From Lytechinus pictus (lineage: Eukaryota), in the NCBI RefSeq assembly GCF_037042905.1, contig NC_087251.1:23500001-23564000 (forward strand): a DNA stretch of 64,000 nucleotides, written 5' to 3'. The notes under the pieces are model-generated. The model made no database searches, had not been told where the DNA came from, and saw only the letters and a list, made by a program, of their open reading frames with translations. The position numbers and the translations under genes are program-made. Positions 11,601 to 23,980 of the stretch are shown here, in pieces; position 1 is the first letter of the stretch; every line of letters begins with the position of its first letter.

Positions 11601-13600
11601 TCCTTTTTTTTTTGCTCCGCCAATAGGGGGGGCGGGCCCCTCGGCCCCCCTCCCCCCTGGATCCGCCTATGCATATGGATAGCAGTGGACATCGTTCTGT
11701 CGTTTCAATGGTTTATTTTCAATTGGTCTAATGCCAACTCGTCTGCTATCATTTTGGTCTACCATCAGTTCGTCCACTATCCACATAGTCTAACTGCCAT
11801 TTCGTCTAATAACCAAGTTGGTCCAATTGCCATTTATTCCATATGCCATTTGGTCTAATTGAACTAAGTGTTAATTGGGCGAAATTAAGGAAATAAAATT
11901 GATATTAGACCAACTAGTTATGAGACGAAATGGTCATAGACGAAGTGATGACTGGACCAAATGGTTATTGGACCATATGGTTGTTAGGCGAAAAGTTAAT
12001 GGACAGAATTGCATTAGACTAAATGAATGTAGACCCTGTTGTGAGTGGAGGAATTAGCAGCAGACGAATTGGTTTCAACCCGCATACCGCCCAGGCAAGC
12101 AAAACAAATTCACGTCGAAATTGGCGACGAAATTCACGACGTCGTTAATTTCGTCGTGAATAATTCGCGACGAAATTGGCGACGAAATTTTACGATGTCG
12201 TGGATTTCGTCGCCAATTTCGTCGTGAATATTCGCGATTTGGTCTATTTGCGATGTCCCTTCAGGGCCACCATAGCACCTTCCCTTCCTCGCTTTTGAAC
12301 ACAATTTGCAAGATTGCAGAAGGGCATTAACGCCGTGCCGGCCGAATCGGAGAGCGAACTGTCATGTATGCTGTCATACGCCTCCTAACTCTCTCTGCCA
12401 CGGCACCACGTCCACACACCCTCACAAACATTTACACTTTGTTAGTTTCGGTCCTTGCTACCAAAGCATGAAAAGCTTCAATAGAGTAGCAAAGTTATCA
12501 AATTGAGCCATTTTGGGGAAATTTGTTCAATATGAATTGTGTCATCGGAAAAAAATACATGTTAACTGTATGTTGTCTTACATAAAGAAAAAGAATAAAT
12601 TCATTATCTTTATTCATTTGGTTGTTCGTAACTTCAGAGATTGCAGGTTGCAGATGAGAAATTATCCAGGCCCGGTTTTTAGACCAAAATTTTGATAGGG
12701 CTTCTGGGGGCAACCAATAAAAGGAGTACTTCTGAAGCTACGACTGTCTCATAGCACATTTTTTGCACCTATATATATATATTCTTTCTTTGTGGTCGAT
12801 TTTTTTTTTGGGCGGTGGCTTGGTCGTTTTTGAGTGGGTTTCAGATCCCAAAGCCCAAAGCTCCCTCTAGAACAGCGCCTACTTGCTTGCTCATTTCCGT
12901 CGATTGCAAAGTAAAAAATAGCAACTTCCGTAATAGCATAAAGCATTATTTCTATATATATTTACAAAGATACGAGGTCGCAAACATCTTATTGATCCAA
13001 TGTTGCTTTCCAGAGTGGGGGAGTGCGTTAGTTTGTCTACGGTGTAGATTATACCGTGTACCTTCATGATTATACATAATTACCTTCACTCATCATCCGG
13101 GAGACTGTCGGCAAATCTCAGCCAAATACAATATTAAGTATTTCACAAAACTACGTAATATTATCATTCCTTTTTTAAGAACCCGATAATGGCAATTAAT
13201 AATAGCCTTCGAAGTATCAGTTACGCATTCATTATGCTTAGACATGAATGAATAGACAGACAGATAAATTAATATATAATATTAATAGATAAACAAGCTG
13301 AACACCTCTGGCAGTCTCGACTGTATTACACATTTACACGACTCAATATAGTAGCAGTTCCGACTTTGAAAACAACTTAGATGAATAATTCTAAAAAGAA
13401 AAACGCCATTCATATGATAATAAAATGCTTCACGACCTTCGACCTTTGTGATGTGACCTGCATACTCGTGAAAAATTAGCATTGATACTTTAGTACTCTT
13501 CTGTCAAAGTTTCACGCTATAGAGCAATTTAATTCCAAAGTAATGATGACATTTTGTGTAGAGCGAGACAACAAATGAATAGATGAAAAAATAGTGACTT

Positions 13601-14429
13601 AAGGCCCGGTCCCACTGCAATTACGGATGCGAAGAGGATGTCAAACGGAAAAAAAATAGTGCCGACCTTTGGAAAACGCTATGCATCCGTTGTGTACTCA
13701 TTGCATATGTGGTTCATACGCTCTATCCATCGAGCATCCGCGCAAAAAAGTTTTAAAGGTCCCACCGTGGCTAATGGCCGCAGAACGTATTCAAACAGAT
13801 ACAGCGTACGAGCAAAATGTCGGGGCTGGCTCTATCCGTTTTCATCTGCTTAAGAAATGGACAAAGTTGCGAAAACATAACGGAAAATAACAGACGTTGG
13901 TAGTATAGCGGGGATGTTAAAAGGATGTTCATCGGAAGCCCAGCGATGAAAGCGGATGGAAGTGGATGACAGCTCCGAAGGGGTTACTGGGGGCGATACG
14001 AAATGCATACGCTTGCATCCATTCTATTCCCCCGCTACTAACGATGGCTAACGATGTATATTCGTTCCATGTACCTTATCTTTCTTCCCTCTTTCCGTTG
14101 TTCAGCTGTGGTGGATATGAGCTGCGAGGATGCAGAGAAGATACAGCGGACGTTTAACGGATGATAACGGACATGTGACGTTTCTTGCTCGTTTATGTTG
14201 CGGATTTAAATGGCACACTGCGGAAAGTTCAACCGTTCTAAAAGTTTTGTGCAACTCAAAACTTTTTGTGCGGATGAAATCACAGTGGACGGATGTTCGA
14301 TAGCGTATGTAACACGTATGTAGCGAGTACACAATACAACGGATGCATAGCGTTTCCCAACGGATGGCAAGACTTTTTTACGATTTACATCCGCTTTGCA
14401 TCCGTAAGCTCAGTGAGACCATGACTTTA
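13601..14429. mobile_element. PIF/Harbinger-like MITE
   Basis: TTAAGGCCCGGTCCCACTG..TTACGGATGC at the left is matched by GCATCCGTAA..CAGTGAGACC at the right; inner IR AAACGCTATGCATCCGTTG. Confidence 0.7.
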
Positions 14430-14865
14430 GCTGCACAAAACTTACAGAACGGAAGAACTTTCCGCCGGTACGATGTAAACCCGTAACATATACGAGCAAT
14501 AAAGTTCAATGCCAGTTAACATCCGTTTAACGTCCGCTGTATCCTCTCTGCATCCTCTGGGCATCCTCGCAACTCAGATCCACTGAAGCTGAACAACGGA
14601 AAGAGGGAGGAAAGATAAGGTACACGGAATGTCTATACATCGTTAGTAACACCGAAATAGAAATGCATCTCGTAAATGAAGTATTCAAAAACCCCGGTAA
14701 CCATTTCGGAGCTGTCATCCACTTCCATCCGTTTTCATCCACAAGGTTTCCAATGTACAGCCTTTAACATCCACGCTACATACTAACCAGGTGGAGCCTC
14801 CCGTGAAATTTTGCTCGTCCGCTGTGTCCTTTATGAATACGTTTTGTATCCGTCGGCCTTACGAA
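14430..14865 (-). mobile_element. Inverted internal fragment of the same Harbinger-like family
   Basis: Reverse complement of ~13790-14255 (e.g. TTCGGAGCTGTCATCCACTTCCATCCG versus CGGATGGAAGTGGATGACAGCTCCGAA). Confidence 0.7.
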
Positions 14866-14902
14866 TAATGCTCATGGGGACAGTTATCCATTGAGAGTTA
14901 TA

Positions 14903-15578
14903 CAGTGCGTCCCACGATTTCGAAACCGAGATTTATCGATGATTTATCATAACTTAATCCCAAATAAAATAGACCAATGACCTACTTTGGTAAAGCATGA
15001 GTGAGCAAAAACAATTTGAAAAGGGGATACCAAAAAGTCACTAGGCGGGCTGTATCTAGGTTTCATAAAGAAAACCACATTTTTAAAAAGTTTAATATCT
15101 GCCCTCCAATATGATACCTCAATTACAGAAAATGGTCAAGAAATAACAACGTCCTAGTTATTTGAAATAATGCTTGAATTTCAATAATTTCATAAAATGA
15201 ATAGGTTTTACAGGCTAGCGTTCAGCCTCACTCGACACTCCGTTTTGTTGACGATCAGCCATGCATTAAGTCTTTTGTTAACCGTACGATAGCTTCTGTG
15301 GGAAACCGGTGAAAACACGTATATTTAATTAAATTATGGAAATACAAGCAATGTTTCGAGGGAACAGAACTTTTTACATCCCCGCCAAATTATTTTTGGT
15401 ATCACTTCTTCGAATTGTTTTTGGTCACTCATGCGTGAATGAGGAATAATCTAAATGATTATAGATGAAAGAGGAGATTCTAAGATTTACATTGGTAGGT
15501 CATTTGTTTCTTGTATTCATGATTAAGTTGTGATAAATCATCGCTAAATCTCGGTTTCGTTTTTTGTTGGACGCACTG
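14903..15578. mobile_element. Tc1/mariner-type MITE
   Basis: TA|CAGTGCGTCC...GGACGCACTG|TA; the inverted match extends through AAACCGAGATTTA..GATGATTTATC and much of the interior. Confidence 0.85.
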
Positions 15579-16325
15579 TACAATATGGTTGCGGATAGAA
15601 TCTCTTCCGATAGAAGCCATAAATTCATTTTAATTGCTCTAAGCTGGGTCAAAATGCTCACGTTCTTTTTTCAATGTATATTCTATGTACCTTCACTATA
15701 TTTAGCGTTTGATAAAACGACGTAATACACCATAATTTGTGTCTGCATGATATCTATTTTTTTTTAAGTACCCGGTAAAGACATTTTACCCGATAAAGCC
15801 TTGAAAGTATCAATAAAGTACTCGTTGTGAATTTACAGTGTGAAATATTCATGTCAACGGCTGCATGAGGGAATCTTTGACACGACTCCAGTGGCGTAGC
15901 CAGTAGTTTTCAAAAGGGGTATGAAGCGCAAACACCAATCAATGACTTTTTGTATTTTTCCAGTAAAACTTTTTCTTTGGACCTACTAGATTACATCAAA
16001 TCTAGCATAAAAACAAAACATAATTTTGCTTGACAAGTTGAATTTAAAAACGAAATTGATATTTGAAAAGAGAAAAAAAGCAAAGCGTGAAATTACATGA
16101 GGTCCTAAAGTAGAAATCGGATAAAAATAAAGTAAATTATGTTACAGAGTAAGGTATAAAACAACAGTTCGCAATAGAGTTGCTTTTAAAGTATTATTTT
16201 TTGACGTCACATATGAACAGTTCCCTCCCCTCACGTTTCCAAATATTAATAGCATCAAATACCAAAATTACAAAAAACTGAAGATGATTTTAACTTTACA
16301 TTCAATAAAATTTCATACAGGTTTT

Positions 16326-17803
16326 TTTCTCACCTGCATAGCAGAGTGAAACTATAGGCGCCGCTTTTCCGACGGCGGCGTCAACACCAAATCTTAACCG
16401 AAGGTTAAGTTTTTGAAATGACAGCATAACTTAGAAAGTATATGGACCAAGTCAATGAAACTTGGCCATAAGGTTAATCAAGTATTACTAAACATCATGC
16501 CTGAGTTTCAGGTCACATGACCAAGGTCAAATGTCATTTAGGGTCAATGAACTTAGACCATGTTGGGGAAATCAACATCAAAATCTTAACCTAAGGTTAA
16601 GTTTTTGAAATGTCATCATAACTCAGAAAATATATGGACCTATAGTTCATGAAACTCGGACATAAGGTTAATCAAGTATTACTGAACATCCTGTTTGAGT
16701 TTCACATCACATGATCAAGGTCAAAGGTCATTTAGGGTCAATGAACTTTGGCCAAATCGGGGGTATCTGTTGAATTACCATCATAACTTTGAAATTTTAT
16801 TGGTCTAGTTCATAAAACTTGGACATAAGAGTAATCATGTATCACTGAACATCCTGTGCGCATGTCAGGCCACATGACCAAGGTCAAAGGTCAATGAACT
16901 TTGGTCATAATGGGGGGTATTTGTTGAATTACCATCATAACTTCGAAAGTTTATTGATCTGATTCATGAAACTTGGACATAAGAGTAATCAAGTATCACT
17001 GAACATCCTGTGCGAGTCTCAGGTCACATGATCAAGGTCAATGAACTTTGGCCAAGTTGGGGGTATTTGTTGAATTACCATCATAACTTTAAAAGTTTTT
17101 TTATCTAGTTCATAAAGCTTGGACATATGAGTAATCAATTATCATTGAACATCCTGTGTGAATTTCAGGTCACATGACCAACATCAAAGGTCAATGAACT
17201 TTGGCCATGTGGGGGGGGGGGGTATCTGTTGAATTACCATCATAACTTTGAAAGTTTATGGATCTGATTCATGAAACTTGGACATAAGAGTAATCAGGTG
17301 TCTTTGAAGATCCCGTCCGAGTTTCAGGTCACATGACCAAGGTCAAATGTCATTTAAGGTTAATGAACTTTGGCCATGTTGGGGGTATTTGTTGAATTAC
17401 CATCATAACTCTGTAAGTATATTGGTCTAGTTCATAAAACTTAGACATAAGAGTCATCAGGTATCACTGAACATCTCATGCGAGTTTCAGGTCACATGAC
17501 CAAAGTCAAAGGTCGTTTAAGGTCATTGAACTTTGGCCATTTTAGTGGAAATTATTAGATTGCTGTCATAACTTTCAAAGTTTATAGATATAGTGTATAA
17601 AATGTGGATATAGGGGTAATCTAGTATCACTGACATGTGTTAGGTCACATGATGAAGGTCAAATGTCAATGAACGTAGTATTGTATCATTATATGAATGG
17701 TGTTTTTAGTGAATAATTATTTTATAGTAGTTTTCAAAGTCAGCACTGCTGCTATATTGAATCGCGTGATACAGGTGAGACCGCCAGAGGCATTCCACTT
17801 GTT
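16326..17803 (+). mobile_element. Helentron/Helitron-like non-autonomous element (HINE/pearl-type) carrying a satellite array
   Basis: 5' subterminal IR TCTCACCTGCA with a nearby partial IR and GGC microsatellite; about 8 tandem units of ~145-195 bp; 3' ACAGGTGAGA then CCACTTGT; T-rich flanks with no TSD. Confidence 0.75.
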
Positions 17804-18559
17804 ATGAAAATAAATTATGCATAATCAACTTTATAAAAATGGCAATTTGTCGGATGCACTTAAAATGACATAGTGAGTGGGAGCTACTCGCGTGTGACGT
17901 CACGAAATTAATATTTTAAGTTCATCAATCCGTTATTTTTTATGGATTATTTGAGGAAATTGTAATTACGATGATAAAGAGATAATGTTCTCGAAGCAAT
18001 GTGAGAGACAGTAAAAACATTGGTGTTTATTACACAAAATCATGTCAATCATGTCAATGACTTCAATTAAAATATGGATTAATATATACGGATTAAGGAA
18101 AGAGACGGATAGAACTCAGCCTCACACTAGCCTCGTTCAGACAGAGGTTCCTAGTCGGTGTAGAATTTATTACGCATGGATCAAAATTCCAAAGATCTTA
18201 TGACGACCCAGTGTCCACACGACCGATCACGAGGGAAACTCCGACTAGTTTACGACGAACCCACTGGGGTCATCACGGGGGGGGGGGGGGGAGCCGCGTT
18301 TTTAGGGACCTTTGGGGACTGAAGCCCCCCCAAAAAAAAAAAATCGCTCAAGTCCCCCTAAACCTTTCGACCACGTCACCACAAAGAAAACAAAAGATGT
18401 ATGATTATGTAGGCCCTATATGCGTATATATGTATTGATTAATGCAGTATTCCATTTATGTCGTCAAGTGCTCTAGAATACAAATTTTCGAAAAATTTCT
18501 CGCTCGCTCGCTAAACACTCCCTCGCAAATATAAAATGATAGCTAAATGCTGAATACAT

Positions 18560-19330
18560 TGTTTTTGTTTAACCAGTACTGGTATTCTTTATTTGAATAA
18601 AAATATACACACATAAGTACACAAACAAAATTTTTACAGGTTATTCAGCATTAAATTCCATTTGCTAATATTCATATACACATTTTCCTTTCGTTTACTT
18701 CTCTAATCATCATATCTATTTTCCAGAACATTTATGAACATAATTTTCAAATCATAAAACTTCATCTCTTTCATTGTAACTAATGTTATCTTGTGACATT
18801 TGTAAATAGAAAATAATGAATAATTCAATATTAAACTAATTTCTTTTTCTTTTTTTTTTTCTTAAATCGTAAACAATATGCTGAGGCTTCAAACAAAAAT
18901 TTTGAACTAGACATTTTCTTATGAGTGCTTCGACGTATTTCCAAAACCTATTAACCTCTGTATAAACCAAAACAAATGTAATAAATCCCTCAATTTATTG
19001 CACTCACTACATATATCCGTGTTTCTTAAATTCCATTTTTTTTTAGTTAGAGAGAGTAGGTAGTAAGTTATACATAAAATCGAAATTGAAATGGGCTATT
19101 GTATTATTTTGAATATTTTTAAGTTCCAGCGTCCATGAAATACATTAATGCTCTCTTAAATTGCGAGTATAGGAAGTCAATGATCTCCTAGACTACCTTG
19201 TAACTTTTTTTCAATCAACCTCCCTAAATACTTCACCCACCACGAATATAACAATACTAATACCATGAAATTGTTTTGTCAAAAGCACAAAAAAATTTGT
19301 CATTCTTTAGAATATTTTTTGTAATGGCTC
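18560..19330 (-). pseudogene. Decayed L1/Tx1-clade LINE ORF2 3' end with CCHC zinc-finger region
   Basis: Minus-strand translation with a stop and a frameshift: IQNNTIAHFNFDFMYNLLPTLSN*KKWNLRNTDICSECNKLRDLLHLFWF / EVNRFWKYVEALIRK ... LILNYSLFSIYKC. AATAAA near 18590 and an A-rich remnant follow. Confidence 0.75.
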
Positions 19331-20399
19331 TGTCGCTATATATACCCTGATTGAGGGTAAATTTATTTAAAACATAATTATTTAGAGTCAGGAGTGTCAA
19401 TCCATATCTCGAATGGCGAGAGGGGGTTAAGACAATGTCCACAATTTTCGGCGCGCTCTGCGAGTCATATTATAATCCAGAATTTGGCAGGTGAAGCACA
19501 CCAAAAAAAAAATTATATGTTTAATAGTATTTTGATGGTTTTATGGCGCTTTCAGATTTTTTTTTCATACACATTTTTGCAATGGATACATAAATTTTTC
19601 ATTTTGTCAAAATGATTGGGCAGGAAATATCGATATGTTTGCCGCATCTCCAATATTTTCATGGCGATCGCCCCCCTGCCCCATGATAGAAGCAACATGT
19701 AGAATGATTTGACTCTATTCTCTTTAGTACTCTATTATGTAGCCTTTCGCATTATACCATGGGGGTTAGGCAGGGCATGCAGTGATCATTGCGTCGTTTT
19801 CTTTTGCAGACTATAGTATGCATATGGAGTATCCCAATCAGTAAATTAACGATGTTGCAGATGTACATTTGGAGGTTCATAAAGTGTTCCAATTGCTAGG
19901 TTTCAATTTTAAAAAAACTTTTCCCTTGTCACCACACTCCCTCTTAATATTTTAATGGGTGTCATTGACATTAAAACCCCATCTCCTGCTGCGTTCTATT
20001 TTACGTTTAAAGTCTGAAAATTATGAGAATATCGCTCTTTTGAAAAAAGCCTAGAGAGAGTAACAACACAAACCAATTTCCTGATAACCAATCCTACCCC
20101 CTCCCCTTATCGTTAAATGACCTCATCTACATATATAACACCCAACTGGCCCTGATGCATATTATAGATGAAAAATTCTCAAGCATTTTGAAAATGTGAT
20201 TTTTTATTATTCGCTCGGTCGCTACTTTCCGTCGCATGATATTAGAAGAAAAAAAATTGTGTTGTTATAGGAGGGGGGACTAGCTCCTTGGTCAGTATAA
20301 GGCTACCCACAATTGCGGCCATTTTAATTAATCTATACAGCAGGGGTATATATGATATAATATTTTATGTTACTTGTAACATAGTAGGCATAAAAAGCT

Positions 20400-20645
20400 T
20401 GACCCCACTAGTATTCTTTTTCATTGTACAAACCTTTTTAATTTACGATTTGAATTTCATTGATCAAAGATATACTTTAATTAACTATTTATTGCAGGGA
20501 ACCCATACTAACAAGCTTTGCTTTCCAGTGGGTTCCCTTTTTTCATTTCTGTATATTATATTTTTGTGTTTTGCTATACATTGTAACCTTTGTTAAATTT
20601 TGGAATGAAAAAGAATAAATGCAATCAATCAATCAATCAATCAAT
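20400..20645 (+). mobile_element. LINE 3' UTR fragment (or LINE-tailed SINE)
   Basis: Stem-loop at 20496-20538, AATAAA and (CAAT)n tail; left boundary approximate. Confidence 0.65.
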
Positions 20646-20759
20646 TGTATTGAATAAACCAAGTCGAAAATTTCTCAAGCCCCCAGAAGCACCCTAAAAC
20701 CATTTAGTCTATACAACCGCGCATGGGGGGGGGGGGGGGGGACAGGTTGGCTTATGTGG

Positions 20760-21340
20760 AAACAGTAAAATCAAAGAATAAGATCAAATCACAGTTTGAG
20801 AAAAATATGACAAATAATGAGAAACTTATGAGCATTTGAGTATTGCGATCACTAATGCTATGGAGTTCCTTCCATTAGCAACGCGACAAATATTTGCGAT
20901 GTCACATGTTAACAACTTTCCCTTTGATGGACTATAAAATATCCCAAAAATGTATCTTTTTGCTCTTTCCTATGGTGATACAAACTCTTTATCCAAAATG
21001 TATTCTTTGAAAATCTGTATTACATGCCCTCGTATAGAAAGAATACATGATCTACTGATAGATGTGATAAAAGAGGCATTTTAAGTGAAATATATAGAAA
21101 AGTAATGGGAAAGTTGTTCACATGTGACATCACCACTGATAGTATTCAAATCAGTGGACATCGCATACCTTTGTCGCATTGCCAATATAGAGGAACTACA
21201 GTACAATAATGATCTAAACTTCAAATGCTCATAACTTTCTTATTATTCATTCAATTTTTCACAAACTTTGGTTTATATGTTTCGTTGATGTTTCTGTTTT
21301 TGCACAAGCTATCCTGTTTCAAGGGTTTCATTTTCCTTTA
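20760..21340. mobile_element. Old inverted-repeat MITE (TTAA/Kolobok-like family)
   Basis: GATGTCACATGTTAACAACTTTCCC versus GGGAAAGTTGTTCACATGTGACATC; TTATGAGCATTTGA versus TCAAATGCTCATAA. Relatives at ~16100-17960 (split) and ~34300-34670. Confidence 0.6.
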
Positions 21341-23746
21341 TGTAGAGAGTTAAACCCCGGTTTTACGTTTTAAGTTTTACGCGAGGTCGTAAGATTATAC
21401 TCGGGCGCAGCTAGATACTCCGGCTGCAGTCCGCACGAGCAATTTACTCCGGCGGCTGGTCATGATAGTGAGATACTCTTGGAAAAATCTAGGAGTATCT
21501 TGGTCGGAGGAAGATCGGAGTACCTTGCCACGACCCTGTCCAGATGGGCACTGTTCCGACATTTCCTCCGACCATATACTGACTAGGCTTCGTCCGACCA
21601 TTCCTCCGACCTTACTCCGACCAAAACTGTTTATGTCTGAACGAGGCTATTGATTCACAAGAAAGAATGACTCGCAATGAGAGAGAAGAAGAAAATGAAG
21701 GAGGAGAGAGTGAGGGATGTATTAGGAAGAGCGTGAGTGAGAGATGGGGGTGGGGTCTAAATCTTGTGGAATTGCGCCCACGCGTCGAAGGTTAAGTAAG
21801 GGCACTTGGCGCGTGGCTCGCCTGTCAGATCAAGTCGCTGTCTTCTGATTACTGGATCTCAAATCATGAATGAAAAACCATCCCTGGTCAAATCATGACC
21901 ATTGCTTTGTGGACACGTGCCGCTCCTCTCCTTTTCTTCATCCCCTCCATAATACCATTATCATCGGTCCTCGTTAACAGCTGGAAAGGGGTCTTGCATT
22001 GTGCGAATAAGAGCGAGCGGCGGTCGGGTATTCATCTTAACTCGTGATGGTTTTTTAAGGTCTTTCGTCTCTTAATATTGAGCAGGGTAATCTGGTAGAC
22101 CATTCTTAACATCATGAAGTACGGTAGTGTCATCACATTAGGAAACAGGTGAACGTGTTGAGCTTTTAATATCGAGATGTCAAGGAAAGATCCTTGGAGA
22201 ATAGACTATGGCGAGATGAAAGATTACCCCCCCCCCCCTCTATCACATTCTTTACTTGTTCATTTGAGGTATGACATGGATTCAATAAGCAAGTTTGGAG
22301 ATACAATCCGATCATGTGTATCTTGAACCATGTTATGGGATGTCCTGACATAGCAACGACTAATTTATAATCAATGCGTACAATTTATTTTGTCTTACGG
22401 GGAACTAACCCACAAACCTGTACATGTCGAGTCATCCACTCGATCAACATTTGACTACTTTTTTATTTCATTGTTGCTGAGGGTACCACTTTAGATATTC
22501 AGTTATTTCTCTTCCCCTTTTCCTCATTAAAATTATTTGATTTTTTTTCCCAGGTCATATGAACTTCTGCCTGTCCCGTCAAAAGTGTTTGTAACAATTC
22601 GTTTTTGATCAAGTTTATTTCAATATTATGGGTAAAATGAGAGGTGAAATTTGGCCTTTTATGAGCGTAATAAAGAGGAATGAAATAGAAAGTAAAAGAA
22701 GGAGAAAGAATAAAAAAGTAAAGACAAAGTAGAAGGGGGAGGAGTATGAAGAAAATGATATATGAAAAAGAACAGGAATTTATGGACATCAAATGAAAAG
22801 AAGCACAGGAATGTAAACTATAGAACAGAAACCCGAAAAAAGTTAAGGAGTTGACACACCAAGAAGGAAATTTGGCTGTGGAAGAGTACGTGTCCCATCG
22901 TAAACTAACTTTTTTTGTGTGTGTGAAATTAGATGTAAATGGAATAAGCAGGATTACCCGAAAATAATCTTCGCTAAAGTAATTCAAAGACGAGAGACAA
23001 GGTTAAGGTTCGGGTCAATTTAACAACCGTAAGGCTGTCGTTAAGTTTGATTTGAGATAATTCAATACACCAAGATTCATAGGCAGAAAGGGTTTGCCGC
23101 CAAGTCTGCTCATCAATGACTTAGGCAGACCACGTTGCTTTTGTATCGGCAAATGACGAAGACATGATGAAATTGAAACGACCTTCTGTCAGTAATTAGT
23201 TTCCAGTGCCTTTTTCGTTTTGCATTTTTCTTCTTCCATATATTTCGTTTTGTTAATGAAACTATCATTCTGAAGTCCACAAACCAACTCTGATTTTTGT
23301 GCGCCACTACGATGACTTCTGTAAAGTAATCGAACTAACACTACAAGTCGTAGCGCTCGAACAAAGATTTTAAACTGATGATGATAATTTCGTGTCGCCG
23401 CTGCTTGATTGAATTTTTATTACTTGTTGGTTTCGAAAAAAAATATTCGCTTGCCAAAAGCGCTGATTCGACACAAAAAAGCTTAGCTAAACTAAATCGA
23501 ATTTTAGGAGAAGTCTTTACTTCAAAAACAATTATAAAAGTCCAGATGAAGGAAATTGGAGATGATTACCGTCTGTATAAGGCAGTTAGAACCAGCTGTC
23601 AATACTTGATCATCTTGGGCCATCTCAAGATACTCAATTACTTGCAAACTAAGAATATAAAAAATGAGAATGTAACGAGTTCAATGTCAGCTGTTTTAAT
23701 TGAGAATGAGTATATGAATGCCAATCCTTAATCACAAACGTTCATC

Positions 23747-23980
23747 CATGGCCGTACGCATAAATTTTTGCTGGGGGACGGGACGCGTAAACTTTTCAAA
23801 AATAAAATCGAAAGTAAGGGAGCGAAGCGGCCGAGATTGTCAGTCGGGCGCTTTTGCAAATTGAAGGATTTTGTGCATACATTTTTGAGAAAATTTGCAG
23901 TAAAAAATGTAATAATAAAATTATTTGAAAACTTCTGGGGACAGTTGCCCCCCCCCCCCCCCCCGTTGCGCTCGGCCACG
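23747..23980. mobile_element. hAT-like MITE
   Basis: CATGGCCGTACGCA ... TGCGCTCGGCCACG with a perfect 8-bp TSD CGTTCATC (23739-23746, 23981-23988). Confidence 0.85.

Larger units (their letters stand above)
6560..12274. mobile_element. Non-autonomous IS3EU-like foldback DNA transposon with composite long inverted arms
   Basis: Termini TATGGTGGCCCTGAAGGGAC / GTCCCTTCAGGGCCACCATA. Perfect 6-bp TSD GCACCT at 6554-6559 and 12275-12280. Left arm 6560-~7395 is the reverse complement of ~9530-9689 plus ~11600-12274. TAY..RTA termini with a 6-bp TSD are the IS3EU signature. Confidence 0.8.
18130..21647. mobile_element. TIR element expanded to 3.5 kb by nested insertions
   Basis: TA|GCCTCGTTCAGACA ... 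TGTCTGAACGAGGC|TA; CTCCGAC/GTCGGAG motifs occur in both 18130-18265 and 21380-21647. Confidence 0.7.

Noticed and set aside
6483..12057. Duplicated ORF MGEIKEIKLILDQL... on opposite strands
   Set aside because: A by-product of the inverted arms in MITE sequence; non-ATG start and no recognisable domain.
6553..12281. P/Galileo- or hAT-type assignment of the foldback (7-8 bp TSD)
   Set aside because: It needs a mismatch or an asymmetric end, whereas TATGG..CCATA with 6-bp GCACCT fits perfectly.
16400..17700. Regularly spaced repeats resembling a CRISPR array
   Set aside because: Whole units are homologous, there are no unique spacers and no cas genes, and the context is eukaryotic; it is a satellite inside a mobile element.
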